Made by a program: the position numbers and the translations under genes. The notes beneath the pieces are model-generated. The model had not been told where the DNA came from and did no database searches. It saw only the letters and a list, made by a program, of their open reading frames with translations. A stretch of 64,000 nt of DNA, taken from the NCBI GenBank assembly GCA_964489145.1, contig CAZAXL010000006.1, positions 1,614-65,613 on the forward strand, given 5' to 3'. Positions 1 to 8,693 of this stretch are shown in pieces. The stretch is from an uncultured Gammaproteobacteria bacterium. Its GTDB lineage: Bacteria > Patescibacteriota > Microgenomatia > UBA8517. How positions within the stretch are numbered: position 1 is the first letter of the stretch; each line of letters begins with the position of its first letter.

Positions 1-38
1 TGAACTGGAACGGGCCGCTAAATGGGTTAAATAAAGGG

Positions 39-503
39 TTATTTTTTCTTTGTTGAAGCTGTCTTTTTAACCACTTTCTTGACTTTCTCAGGTTTCACTT
101 CTTTTACCTCGACGGAGTCCTTTTTTACGATAGGTGCCGGGGCCAGAATGCTTAAAATTTTGTCAAGCTTGGCATTAACAGCATCAAGCTGAGCCTTGTT
201 TTGATCAAAACTTGGAGCGGGAGACCTAAAATTACCTCTTTCAGGCCTTCCTGAATCCGATCTTCCACCATTCATTTTTTCAAAACACTCACTGCAATAA
301 ACCGGCTTGCCGTTTGTCGGCTTGAAAGGTACCTGGCATTCTTTTCCGCAGTTGCTGCAGACTGTTTGGAACATTTCGCGTCTGCCTCTATCTTCACCAA
401 AAGAAGATCTTCCTCTTCCTGAAAATCCACCGCGTCCTCCGCCTCGGCCAAAGCCGCCACGGTATCCGCCGGATCTGTCATCATCTCTATTAAAATTTCC
501 CAT
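39..503 (-). CDS. RG/RGG-rich protein with CxxC-x16-CxxC zinc ribbon (zf-trcl-like) and lysine-rich tail; putative nucleic-acid-binding
   Basis: GGYRGGFGRGGGRGGFSGRGR repeats; CSNCGKEC...YCSECF zinc ribbon; KKVVKKTASTKKK tail. Confidence 0.5.
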   Translation of the reverse strand: MGNFNRDDDRSGGYRGGFGRGGGRGGFSGRGRSSFGEDRGRREMFQTVCSNCGKECQVPFKPTNGKPVYCSECFEKMNGGRSDSGRPERGNFRSPAPSFDQNKAQLDAVNAKLDKILSILAPAPIVKKDSVEVKEVKPEKVKKVVKKTASTKKK

Positions 504-552
504 AGTGTTTATTATATCACAGGTTGTGTTTTATTGTTGGGGCACTTTGTGG

Positions 553-948
553 CTATTTTTCCACTTCAAACCAGTCAATTGGAGATTGGTCTTCCGGTTC
601 GCCATTATAGTTGACAGTGATTTCTTCATCTTTTTTGATGGGTCTAATGGCGCGGTAAACCATACATTGGGTTTTAAAGTTTTGCTTCCAATCGGCATTG
701 GGAGAGTAGGAATGGTTATAGATTGATCCGTAACCAAAAGCCAGAGCGGCTCCGCGGGTACTTCGCCAGGGATAAATGTAATGGCTGAGCGGGGTTTTTT
801 CCAGATTTTTGCGGTCGGTTGGTGTGAAAACCAAAACCGGCGCACTTTCAACTATTTCTCCGTCTTTGATATCTCTGGCCGCAAAAACCCCAAGACCTTT
901 TTTGGAGGTTCTTTTTAGATAAACGTTTTTATTCATAGCTTTGATCAT
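553..948 (-). CDS. SET-domain protein (putative protein-lysine methyltransferase)
   Basis: GLGVFAARDIKDGEIV, YNHSYSPNADW (NHSxxPN) and C-terminal EEITVNYN motifs typical of SET domains. Confidence 0.75.
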   Translation of the reverse strand: MIKAMNKNVYLKRTSKKGLGVFAARDIKDGEIVESAPVLVFTPTDRKNLEKTPLSHYIYPWRSTRGAALAFGYGSIYNHSYSPNADWKQNFKTQCMVYRAIRPIKKDEEITVNYNGEPEDQSPIDWFEVEK

Positions 949-998
949 CCCTTCGATGTGTCTCGGGGTGCTCCTGAATACTGTTATAATACATCACT

Positions 999-1026
999 AT
1001 GAAAACTTGGCAAAGAATCAAAAACG
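999..1026 (+). repeat. 28-bp perfect direct-repeat copy of the epmA 5' end (atgaaaacttggcaaagaatcaaaaacg), preceded by a TATAAT; encodes a 16-aa remnant (MKTWQRIKNGKGLSFF*)
   Basis: Identical to 2452..2479; lies in the SET/AAA intergenic gap. Confidence 0.9.
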
Positions 1027-1035
1027 GTAAGGGGC

Positions 1036-2391
1036 TTAGCTTTTTTTGATCCAAGCTAAGTAATTATTCAAGGAAGGTGCATTAGTTACACTAGCTTCAT
1101 CTGAGATCAATTTTGAAGCCCAACTTCTTTCTGTCCTCTCGCAAAGATTTTTAATATCCCTTCCCGACAAACCCTCCGCTTCTTGAGCCAGCATTACCAG
1201 CCCCTCCTCGCTTAAATGGGTGGCATAATTTCCGAAAATAACCTGTCTTTCTTTTGTGTCTGGAAGCGGAAATTCAATATTTGTATCAAATCTGCTTAGA
1301 AGTGCCGGGTCCAAATCTTTTTTTCGGTTGGTAGCACCAATTAAAATTGTTTTTTCATTGGGATTAAAGCCGTCAATATTTCTTAATAAAACCGATAAGA
1401 CTCTTCTTGTTTCCTCATGGATATCTCCGTCTCTTGTAGTTGCTAAAGAATCAATTTCATCCAAAAAAAGCAAGGCGTTTCCCAGGCTCTTGCATTCATT
1501 GAAAATTGTTGCCAAATTATTTTCACTTTCTCCGTACCATTTAGACATAATACTTTCTATAGGTACATAAATTAAAGGCGCATCAACTTGCCCTGCAATT
1601 ATTCTTGCCATTGTCGTTTTTCCGGTTCCCGGCGGGCCTTCAAATAGAACTGCTTTTGGCCTATTAGATTCATAAATCCTTCTGGTTTTTTTGGCAATTT
1701 GTTCATAGATTTCCGGGTGCTTAAGAGTAAGAACTACGGTTTCTTTAACCTGCTCTTTTATGCTTTCATATCCTGCTAGGTAGTCCCAGTCGGGAGCATC
1801 CTCCGGATTAAAAATTGTTGCCCCCAAAGATTCGAGAACTTTTTTGGGATCGGATTTCTTTTCGGAAAAAGGATTAGCGAGTTTATAGGCGTTAATAAGT
1901 GCTTCTATCTCCTGTACCTCCAAATCGTTATCTTTCGAAAATTCTATTGACCCGGGAAGATAGGATTTGGGCATTCTTAACCAGATTTTTAAGCCATTCT
2001 TTTTATATAAGTGAATATGGTCAGAAAAGGTTGCATAGGATGACAGTTCCAAGTCTCCCACGGTTTTTGTTATCTCGATAAGAAGAGGGAACATGTCCAC
2101 CTTACCGGCTACATCGAACTTGATATTGGAAGAGTTCTTTTCTCTTGAAAAAGAAACCAGGGGCAAATCATTATTTCCTGTTTCTTCGCCGTACTTAAGC
2201 CTAGCAGTTTCGATAATGTCTTTTGTTTGATGATAGGTAAAAGGCTTTTCCGTCAGTTTTTCTACCGGTTCTGTTGACGGCTCTGGGAGAATTACCTCAT
2301 CGGCGCAAGCTGGGGGATTGGCGGCAGGCTTGTCACCTTGGAATTTTTCCTTTAACCTTTCCAACATATTATATAGAATTATATCATACAA
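1036..2391 (-). CDS. AAA+ ATPase (classic AAA family: Walker A/B plus SRH) with ~230-aa N-terminal domain of unknown function
   Basis: GPPGTGKTTMARIIAG, LLFLDEIDSL, ATNRKKDLDPALLSRFD; ORF starts at TTG 2391, first in-frame ATG at 2367. Confidence 0.8.
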   Translation of the reverse strand: MYDIILYNMLERLKEKFQGDKPAANPPACADEVILPEPSTEPVEKLTEKPFTYHQTKDIIETARLKYGEETGNNDLPLVSFSREKNSSNIKFDVAGKVDMFPLLIEITKTVGDLELSSYATFSDHIHLYKKNGLKIWLRMPKSYLPGSIEFSKDNDLEVQEIEALINAYKLANPFSEKKSDPKKVLESLGATIFNPEDAPDWDYLAGYESIKEQVKETVVLTLKHPEIYEQIAKKTRRIYESNRPKAVLFEGPPGTGKTTMARIIAGQVDAPLIYVPIESIMSKWYGESENNLATIFNECKSLGNALLFLDEIDSLATTRDGDIHEETRRVLSVLLRNIDGFNPNEKTILIGATNRKKDLDPALLSRFDTNIEFPLPDTKERQVIFGNYATHLSEEGLVMLAQEAEGLSGRDIKNLCERTERSWASKLISDEASVTNAPSLNNYLAWIKKS

Positions 2392-2451
2392 TATCAGTAC
2401 TGCCTACCATATCGTTTGTTTTTCTCCGGTTAATCAATATAATGATTAGAT

Positions 2452-3411
2452 ATGAAAACTTGGCAAAGAATCAAAAACGACCCAAACCTGATGGAGAAAT
2501 ATCTTGTTCGGGAAAGGGTTGTTGATACAATCCGTTCCTTTTTCAAAAATCAGGGTTTCCATGAGGTTTTTACGCCAATTTTGGTGCCCATCCCCTCGAT
2601 TGAACCCAACCTTGAAGTGTTTGAGTCAGAATTAAGAACTTCGAAAGGGGAAAAACGCAGAGCCTTTTTAATAATGAGCCCGGAGTTTTCTATTAAAAAA
2701 CTTTTGGCAGGAGGAATCGGAAATTGTTTTGAAATTACAAGATGTTTTAGAAATGAGGAAGAAACAAGCCGTCTCCATAATCCCGAATTTACCATGCTTG
2801 AATGGTATAGGATTAATGCCGGCTATAAGGATATTATGAAAGATTTTGAACACTTATTTTTGAAAATTATCGGTAAAGATAAATTGGAATATCAAGGTGA
2901 AGTTTACGATCTTTCTCTTCCCTGGCCGAAAATTAGGATTTCTGACGCCTTTAAAAAATATGCGGGAAAAGATGTTTTAAAAGTACAGGATGCGGACTTT
3001 TATAAAATCTATTTTAATGAAATAGAACCGGAACTTTTGAAAATGAAAAAGCCGTATTTTATTTACGATTATCCGATTTCTCAAGCATCTTTGTCTAAAC
3101 CCGCTAAAGATCCTAGATTTTCTGAAAGATTTGAGGTTTTTCTTGGCGGGGTTGAATTTGGAAATTGTTTTTCCGAACTGACTGATGCCAAGGAACAGAA
3201 AAAGAGATTTGAGACAGAGAAAAAAGACAGAGAAAGAATGAACAAGACAGAGTACCCGATAGACGAAGATTTAATTGAGGCTTTAAAGGAAGGCATCCCC
3301 GCCGTTTCCGGCATCGCCGTGGGTGTAGATAGGCTCGTCATGCTCGCTGCCGACGCTTCTTCAATTGAGGAAACACTGTTCTTTCCGGGAAAAGAGCTAT
3401 TTGACCTTTAG
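2452..3411 (+). CDS. epmA: EF-P--(R)-beta-lysine ligase (lysyl-tRNA synthetase class II paralog)
   Basis: RCFRNEE, HNPEFTMLEWY, GGVEFGNCFSELTD, GVDRLVMLAA motifs; immediately upstream of efp; TATAAT 10 nt upstream of ATG. Confidence 0.8.
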   Translation: MKTWQRIKNDPNLMEKYLVRERVVDTIRSFFKNQGFHEVFTPILVPIPSIEPNLEVFESELRTSKGEKRRAFLIMSPEFSIKKLLAGGIGNCFEITRCFRNEEETSRLHNPEFTMLEWYRINAGYKDIMKDFEHLFLKIIGKDKLEYQGEVYDLSLPWPKIRISDAFKKYAGKDVLKVQDADFYKIYFNEIEPELLKMKKPYFIYDYPISQASLSKPAKDPRFSERFEVFLGGVEFGNCFSELTDAKEQKKRFETEKKDRERMNKTEYPIDEDLIEALKEGIPAVSGIAVGVDRLVMLAADASSIEETLFFPGKELFDL

Positions 3412-3440
3412 TACCTCCTAAGCTTAGAATACGCATATCC

Positions 3441-4007
3441 ATGAACACAATTAACGCGGGCAACATTACAAAAGGGAGCTTTATTATTTTTAAAGGAGTG
3501 CCTGTTTTTATAACCAAGGCTGAGTTTATGTCTCCCGGAAAAGGCTCTCCCGTTATGAGAATCAAATTCAAAAATGTCCAAACAGGAGCCGCGGGGGAGT
3601 TTACCTATAAAACCGGAGAAAGCGTCGAGGTTGCAGAAATCGAGAAAAAAGAAATGGAATATCTATACCGGGATGGGGAAGAGTTGGTTTTTATGAATCC
3701 GAAATCATATGATCAGGTTAGTATCCCGATGGGTCTTATTGACGACCAGTTTGGCTATTTAACCCCAAATCTTAAATGTTGGATTGTTTGGTATAAAGGT
3801 AGCCCCATTGGCGCAACGCTCCCTTCCCATGTAACTTTAAAAGTGACGGAATCTCCTGATGAGGTTGTCGGGAATAGAATCAATGCTCCCAAAAAGACGG
3901 TGAAACTTGAAACAGGAATCGAAGCTCAAGTTCCATTGTTTATTAAAGTCGGAGAAAAAGTGCAGCTCGATACCACAACCGGAGAATATTTGGGAAGGGT
4001 TAAATAA
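3441..4007 (+). CDS. efp: Elongation factor P
   Basis: AEFMSPGKGSPVMRIKFKNVQTG aligns with the EF-P loop carrying the modified Lys (PGKG). Confidence 0.9.
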   Translation: MNTINAGNITKGSFIIFKGVPVFITKAEFMSPGKGSPVMRIKFKNVQTGAAGEFTYKTGESVEVAEIEKKEMEYLYRDGEELVFMNPKSYDQVSIPMGLIDDQFGYLTPNLKCWIVWYKGSPIGATLPSHVTLKVTESPDEVVGNRINAPKKTVKLETGIEAQVPLFIKVGEKVQLDTTTGEYLGRVK

Positions 4008-4025
4008 TAGGTTAAAATGTAGGGA

Positions 4026-5516
4026 ATGTCCCTTTTACCAATTATCCTGATAGCCGCCCCTTTTGTTCTATTTTTAATACTTCTTCTTTGGAAGAGAACA
4101 CCGCTTATTTGGGTTTCTCTGATTACATTAGTCCTGATAATTGTTTTAGCAATTTTCTATTGGCAAGTTTATCCAGCATATATTTTAGGGTCTCTGGCTA
4201 AAGGATTCTTTGTAGCCCTTGATATATTTTTTATTATTTTTGGCGCAATCCTTTTTTTGGAAATTATGCGGGAGACAAAAATTATCGAAAATATCGGCTA
4301 CCATTTGGAATCCATTTCGAGAGATCTTCGTGTACAGGTAATATTTCTGGCCTGGTTTTTTGAGAATTTTCTGGAAGGGACAGCCGGATTTGGAACCCCT
4401 TCGATAGTTGTTGCCCCTCTTCTGGTTGGCCTTGGAATTCCCCCTATTGATGCTGTAATAATTGCAATTTTGGGCAACAGCGCCTCGGGTGTTTTTGGCG
4501 CTGCGGGAACTCCTATTAAAGTTGGTTTTGGGGCTCTTGCCGGAGCCTCGGTTCCTTTCACTGCGGCACTTGTTAATTCGATTGGAATTTTGGTGCCGGT
4601 TTTTATGCTCTGGTTTTTAACTAGAAAAAAAGAGAACGGCAGGAAAGAATTTATTGAGGCACTTCCTTTTGCCGTTTGGGCAGGAGTTGCCTTTGCGGTT
4701 CCATCAATACTAACTGTTTTTATAGGTCAGGAATTTCCATCGATTTTGGGGGCGGTAATTGGCCTTGCCTTGGTGCTTTTAACTACAAAGTTGGGCATTT
4801 TTACACCGAAGGTGGAAAAAGAACTTGTGGATATACCGCGACCAGCCACGCTCTCATTGGGCAAGGTAATATTTCCTTATTTACTCCTAATAGTAATCTT
4901 GGTTGCTGGCAAGTTTATCCTCGGAACTTCAGGAATATCAATCCCAATCATTATTAAACATACATTTGCGTATTTTAATCCCGGTTTTGCCTTTATCATT
5001 GCAGGAATAGTGACTTTGTTAGCATTTAAAAAAGATATTAATTTTTTTGGATCTTCCGTAAAGTTGGCCTTTAAAAGATCGCTGGAACCGTTTTGGGTGA
5101 TAGTTTTTATGTCTGCAATCTCGCAGATAATGGTTACTTCAGTCAATAATTTAAACGCTTTTCCATCGATGATCGACTTTCTGGCAGTTTATTTTAGAAA
5201 CACTTTTCTTCCGCTTTGGGCTCCTGTCATAGGAGCTTTTGGGAGTTTTCTTACAGGAAGCATAACTGTTTCCAATCTGATGTTTGGCAACTTTTTTGTT
5301 GCTGCTGCAAACGATTTGAGTTTTGGCAGCGATAAAATTTTGGTACTTGCTCTTGTTGGGGCAGCAGCGGGAAACATGATTGCACTTGCCGATATAATGG
5401 CAGCGGAAGCTGCTGTAGGACTTAAAAACGAGGAAAGGAACGTATTAAAGGGGGTAATTTTACCGTGTTTAATTTATGTCGGATTGGTCGGTCTTGTAGG
5501 GATGTTTATTTTATAG
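4026..5516 (+). CDS. L-lactate permease family (LctP) transporter
   Basis: Polytopic membrane protein; ENFLEGTAGFGTPSIVVAPLLVGLG matches the LctP signature LEGAAGFGAPVAI. Confidence 0.65.
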   Translation: MSLLPIILIAAPFVLFLILLLWKRTPLIWVSLITLVLIIVLAIFYWQVYPAYILGSLAKGFFVALDIFFIIFGAILFLEIMRETKIIENIGYHLESISRDLRVQVIFLAWFFENFLEGTAGFGTPSIVVAPLLVGLGIPPIDAVIIAILGNSASGVFGAAGTPIKVGFGALAGASVPFTAALVNSIGILVPVFMLWFLTRKKENGRKEFIEALPFAVWAGVAFAVPSILTVFIGQEFPSILGAVIGLALVLLTTKLGIFTPKVEKELVDIPRPATLSLGKVIFPYLLLIVILVAGKFILGTSGISIPIIIKHTFAYFNPGFAFIIAGIVTLLAFKKDINFFGSSVKLAFKRSLEPFWVIVFMSAISQIMVTSVNNLNAFPSMIDFLAVYFRNTFLPLWAPVIGAFGSFLTGSITVSNLMFGNFFVAAANDLSFGSDKILVLALVGAAAGNMIALADIMAAEAAVGLKNEERNVLKGVILPCLIYVGLVGLVGMFIL

Positions 5517-5520
5517 ACGG

Positions 5521-6378
5521 TTAACACCTTACGTCTCCACCGCAATGTTGACAGTTGCTTATAAGCTGCCCAAAAGGCCTTGTATTTGCCCTTCCGCATT
5601 TGGGACAAGTAAAGCTAAGGGAACCATATTTATCCTCAAGTCCGGTTAAGTTCAAAGTTAAGGAACTGCTTTCAAGAGACGAAACGGATAGGGATCCGCT
5701 ACAACTGACAGAAGATTTACCGACAAGTCCTTTCTCCCGCATTTCGTCGGCAATAAACTTGGCATTAACTCCCGAATGAATCAAATCGACAAAATGGTGG
5801 ATCAATTCATGGTTTGGGAGAGGGATATTATTTGCTTTAGTGCCTATTAACTCTAAAAGATTTCCTAAATAAAAATCTCCATCAACTATAAAAAGTTTAT
5901 TTCTTAATACTTCAGGGTCTTTAATTCCGGCAAAAACAGGGTTTAACTTTGTTGCAACTTCCAAGGTGTGATCTTTGGCTGTGTCAAAAAGCACGGTCAC
6001 ATTAAAAGTGGTTTTTTCTCCCAAAGTGGTTTCTTCTATTTGGTACATGGTGATTTTGTTGCATGGGTAGACAGAGTCGTATGACGGACTGATCCAGAGG
6101 GCTGTGCCCGACGGATTTTCCGATACCCAGGACGTTAATGTGTTAAGAAGTTCCGCATCTTTTTGGCCAAGGTAGGAAGATGTGTTGATTTTAATCTCCG
6201 TGTCGGTTTGAAAATCGAGCAGTATTCCATTTTTATATCTGAATTTATATTCATCAGGTTTTCTATGGGTTTCGTTAAATGTACTTATTAGTTCTTCTCT
6301 TAAACGGTCCGGTTTGGTGTATCTCCAAGAGGGGATAAACTTTTCGATTGTTTTTGTTGGAGACTCTATATGTGACAT
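5521..6378 (-). CDS. Hypothetical protein with HExxH motif and C-terminal CxxC...CxxC zinc ribbon
   Basis: NHELIHHFVDLIH; CPKCGRANTRPFGQLISNCQHCGG. Confidence 0.4.
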   Translation of the reverse strand: MSHIESPTKTIEKFIPSWRYTKPDRLREELISTFNETHRKPDEYKFRYKNGILLDFQTDTEIKINTSSYLGQKDAELLNTLTSWVSENPSGTALWISPSYDSVYPCNKITMYQIEETTLGEKTTFNVTVLFDTAKDHTLEVATKLNPVFAGIKDPEVLRNKLFIVDGDFYLGNLLELIGTKANNIPLPNHELIHHFVDLIHSGVNAKFIADEMREKGLVGKSSVSCSGSLSVSSLESSSLTLNLTGLEDKYGSLSFTCPKCGRANTRPFGQLISNCQHCGGDVRC

Positions 6379-6579
6379 ATTCCTGCTCGGGTTTCTATTG
6401 TCCCTCGACTACGCTCGGGACTTTCAGTCCTTCGATGGTTCTAGGACTTTCAGGGCTCCGGGTATAACGGTAGCGGCACTCCTGCAGATTTACACTGCAA
6501 TTCACCAATTGGTTTAATGTACTTTTAACACGCCTTTCGGTCAAGTGGTATATTTATATTAGTAAGGGGGTGATGGTGC

Positions 6580-6753
6580 GTGTTAGGTAAAAGAAATAAA
6601 GAATTAACTTCTAAAATACTAATGTTTGGGGCGGTTGCCTCAGTTCTTTTTTCGATCGCCGGTTGGATAGGTACTGATATTTGGCTAGCCTCGACCCAGT
6701 GGCTATTGGTAGCAGCAGTTTTGGCCCTTTTTAGCATTTATTTAAAGCAATAA
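6580..6753 (+). CDS. Small (57 aa) membrane protein, below the ORF-track cutoff
   Basis: GTG start 6 nt after AAGGGGGTGA, the same SD used by other genes here; hydrophobic product ...MFGAVASVLFSIAGWIGTDIWLASTQWLLVAAVLALFSIYLKQ. Confidence 0.3.
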   Translation: MLGKRNKELTSKILMFGAVASVLFSIAGWIGTDIWLASTQWLLVAAVLALFSIYLKQ

Positions 6754-6849
6754 CAGTTTGACTGCGGGGAAAGCGCGTTAATTTTGCGGAAATTACTGCC
6801 ATGCCCCAGGCTTGACAATGGTGTGACTTAGTGTTAACTTTCGCTCAAG

Positions 6850-7293
6850 GTGAACATAAAGAGGGTAGTTATAGTATTTGTTGTATTGGCAATAATCATT
6901 GCGGGAGCACTTCTTGTTTCTCAAAAGATTAAAAATAATAGGACTTCTATCAGTCTTCCCGATGCAACCCCAACGGTTGAGCAGCAAATTGAGGAGAAAT
7001 TTAAAGGATTGGTGATACCGGATGATGCAGAAAAAATTGAGCTCAAAAATGTATCAGGGGAGGAAGGGATGGGCATAGCCACAAAGAATGAAATTTTGGC
7101 GGACCTTCCCGATTTACAAAAAGGCGAAAACTATCAGGTTCTACTGGGGAATGGAATAAAAACAGTTCTTTTAGGAAGCATGAGGCAGGCAAAAGGAGGC
7201 TATCTTTTGGAATATGATTCTTTAAAATACCCCGGGTACAACCAAATTGTTGTAGTAAGAGGCGCCAAGCATATATTGGAAGGCTCGTTTTAA
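6850..7293 (+). CDS. Hypothetical membrane-anchored protein
   Basis: N-terminal TM helix VIVFVVLAIIIAGALLV; no recognisable motif. Confidence 0.4.
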   Translation: MNIKRVVIVFVVLAIIIAGALLVSQKIKNNRTSISLPDATPTVEQQIEEKFKGLVIPDDAEKIELKNVSGEEGMGIATKNEILADLPDLQKGENYQVLLGNGIKTVLLGSMRQAKGGYLLEYDSLKYPGYNQIVVVRGAKHILEGSF

Positions 7294-7335
7294 TAATATA
7301 GACGGAAACAATCCGGTAGGTTAATATGAATAAGG

Positions 7336-7590
7336 ATGCAGATCACAATTTACTCCACAGCAACTTGCCCCTATTGCAAAATACTGAAAGATTATCTGAA
7401 GGAAAAAGGGGTGTCTTTTGTCGAAAAAAATATAGATTCGGATGAGAAGGCAAAAGAAGAGATGTCAAATCTTTCTGGAGGATTTTTTGGGGTACCTTTT
7501 ACTCTAATATCGTTTGATGACGGAAGAAAAGAAACGGTAATAGGCTTTGATAAAGGTAAAATTAATTCTATTTTGAATCTACAAGGATGA
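7336..7590 (+). CDS. Glutaredoxin-like protein (Grx/NrdH family)
   Basis: CPYC active site in an 84-aa thioredoxin-fold protein. Confidence 0.7.
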   Translation: MQITIYSTATCPYCKILKDYLKEKGVSFVEKNIDSDEKAKEEMSNLSGGFFGVPFTLISFDDGRKETVIGFDKGKINSILNLQG

Positions 7591-8246
7591 TATTTGTAAA
7601 CTACAAAACTTTTGAAGAAAGCTCCGGTGAAAAGGCGGTTACTCTGACCAAAAAAATCGAGGAGGCAGCTCATGAATCGCAAGTAAAGATAATTCCGGTG
7701 GTTCAGATAATTGATGCTGAGGCGGTTTTGGCCTCGACCACTCTTGAGGTTTGGATACAGCATGTAGATCCTCTTAATTACGGTCCGCATACTGGCTGGA
7801 CTCTACCTGAAGAGGTGGCAAAGATCGGCATTTCGGGAGTATTTCTAAACCACTCCGAGCATAAATTTAACGATTTTGAAGCCCTCCGTACGGCGAATGA
7901 AAAAGCAAAGAACGCAAATCTTAAAACACTGATTTTTGCAGGCGGTCTTGAGGAACTGAAAAATGTTGCGGCACTTAAACCAACCTTTGTTGCCTATGAA
8001 CCGCCGGAGCTGGTGGGTTCAACCGAAACATCAGTTGCCAGGGCGCAGCCGGAAATTATTTCTCAGGCGTATAATATTACTCAAAGCTCGGGCGAGCCTT
8101 TGATAGTGGGCGCAGGAGTAAGCTCTATGGAAGACATTAAAAAGAGTGTGGAACTTGGGGCGGTGGGTGTTGCTATTGCAACGGCGGTAGTTAAGGCTCC
8201 CGATCCCAAAGCAAAATTGTTAGAATTAACGGAGGGTTTTAAATGA
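7587..8246 (+). CDS. tpiA: Triosephosphate isomerase, archaeal-type (short, ~220 aa)
   Basis: N-terminus MIFVNYKTFEES and AYEPPELVGS resemble archaeal TIM (..VNYKTY.., EPPELIG); length 219 aa; ATGA overlap with the upstream gene. Confidence 0.7.
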   Translation: MIFVNYKTFEESSGEKAVTLTKKIEEAAHESQVKIIPVVQIIDAEAVLASTTLEVWIQHVDPLNYGPHTGWTLPEEVAKIGISGVFLNHSEHKFNDFEALRTANEKAKNANLKTLIFAGGLEELKNVAALKPTFVAYEPPELVGSTETSVARAQPEIISQAYNITQSSGEPLIVGAGVSSMEDIKKSVELGAVGVAIATAVVKAPDPKAKLLELTEGFK

Positions 8247-8692
8247 AAATTTTTATTGGGGCTGATCACAGGGGGTATGAGCTGAAGGAAAAAATTGCCA
8301 AATGGCTTTTTGATATGGAGTACCCCTATCAGGATCTTGGGGCAACCCATTTTGATCCGCACGACGACTATACAAAATACGCGGAGGATGTCGCATCGCT
8401 TGTTGCCAAAACGGGAGGATCGCGCGGAGTTCTTCTTTGCGGGAGTGGAGTCGGGGTTGACGTTGTTGCAAATAAATTCGACGGAGTAAGGGCGTCAATC
8501 GGAAAATCGGTTTTTCAGGTTGAAGCGGGAAGAAATGATGACGATATGAACATATTGGTCATTGCCGCCGACTTTACCGATGAAAGAGATACAAAGGCAA
8601 TGCTTATCGCTTTTCTGGAAACAAAATTTTCCGGTAAGGCAAGATATGAGCGGAGACTTCAGGAAATTACGGAAATAGAAGCAAATAATTAA
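8243..8692 (+). CDS. rpiB: Ribose-5-phosphate isomerase B
   Basis: MKIFIGADHRGYELKE, LLCGSGVGVDVVANKFDGVRAS. Confidence 0.85.
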   Translation: MKIFIGADHRGYELKEKIAKWLFDMEYPYQDLGATHFDPHDDYTKYAEDVASLVAKTGGSRGVLLCGSGVGVDVVANKFDGVRASIGKSVFQVEAGRNDDDMNILVIAADFTDERDTKAMLIAFLETKFSGKARYERRLQEITEIEANN

Positions 8693-8693
8693 G

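Noticed and set aside
272-726. ORFs 272..484(-) and 307..726(+) overlapping the RG-rich protein gene
   Set aside because: Antisense or alternate-frame artefacts of the low-complexity GGN/CCN repeats. They have no SD or start context.
6379-6530. GC-rich block as a 5S rRNA or other rRNA fragment
   Set aside because: It has no similarity to 5S conserved loops. It is more likely a structured leader of the downstream minus-strand gene.
6525-6737. 70-aa minus-strand ORF
   Set aside because: It overlaps the better-supported plus-strand micro-ORF (strong SD) and lies in a promoter/leader region.
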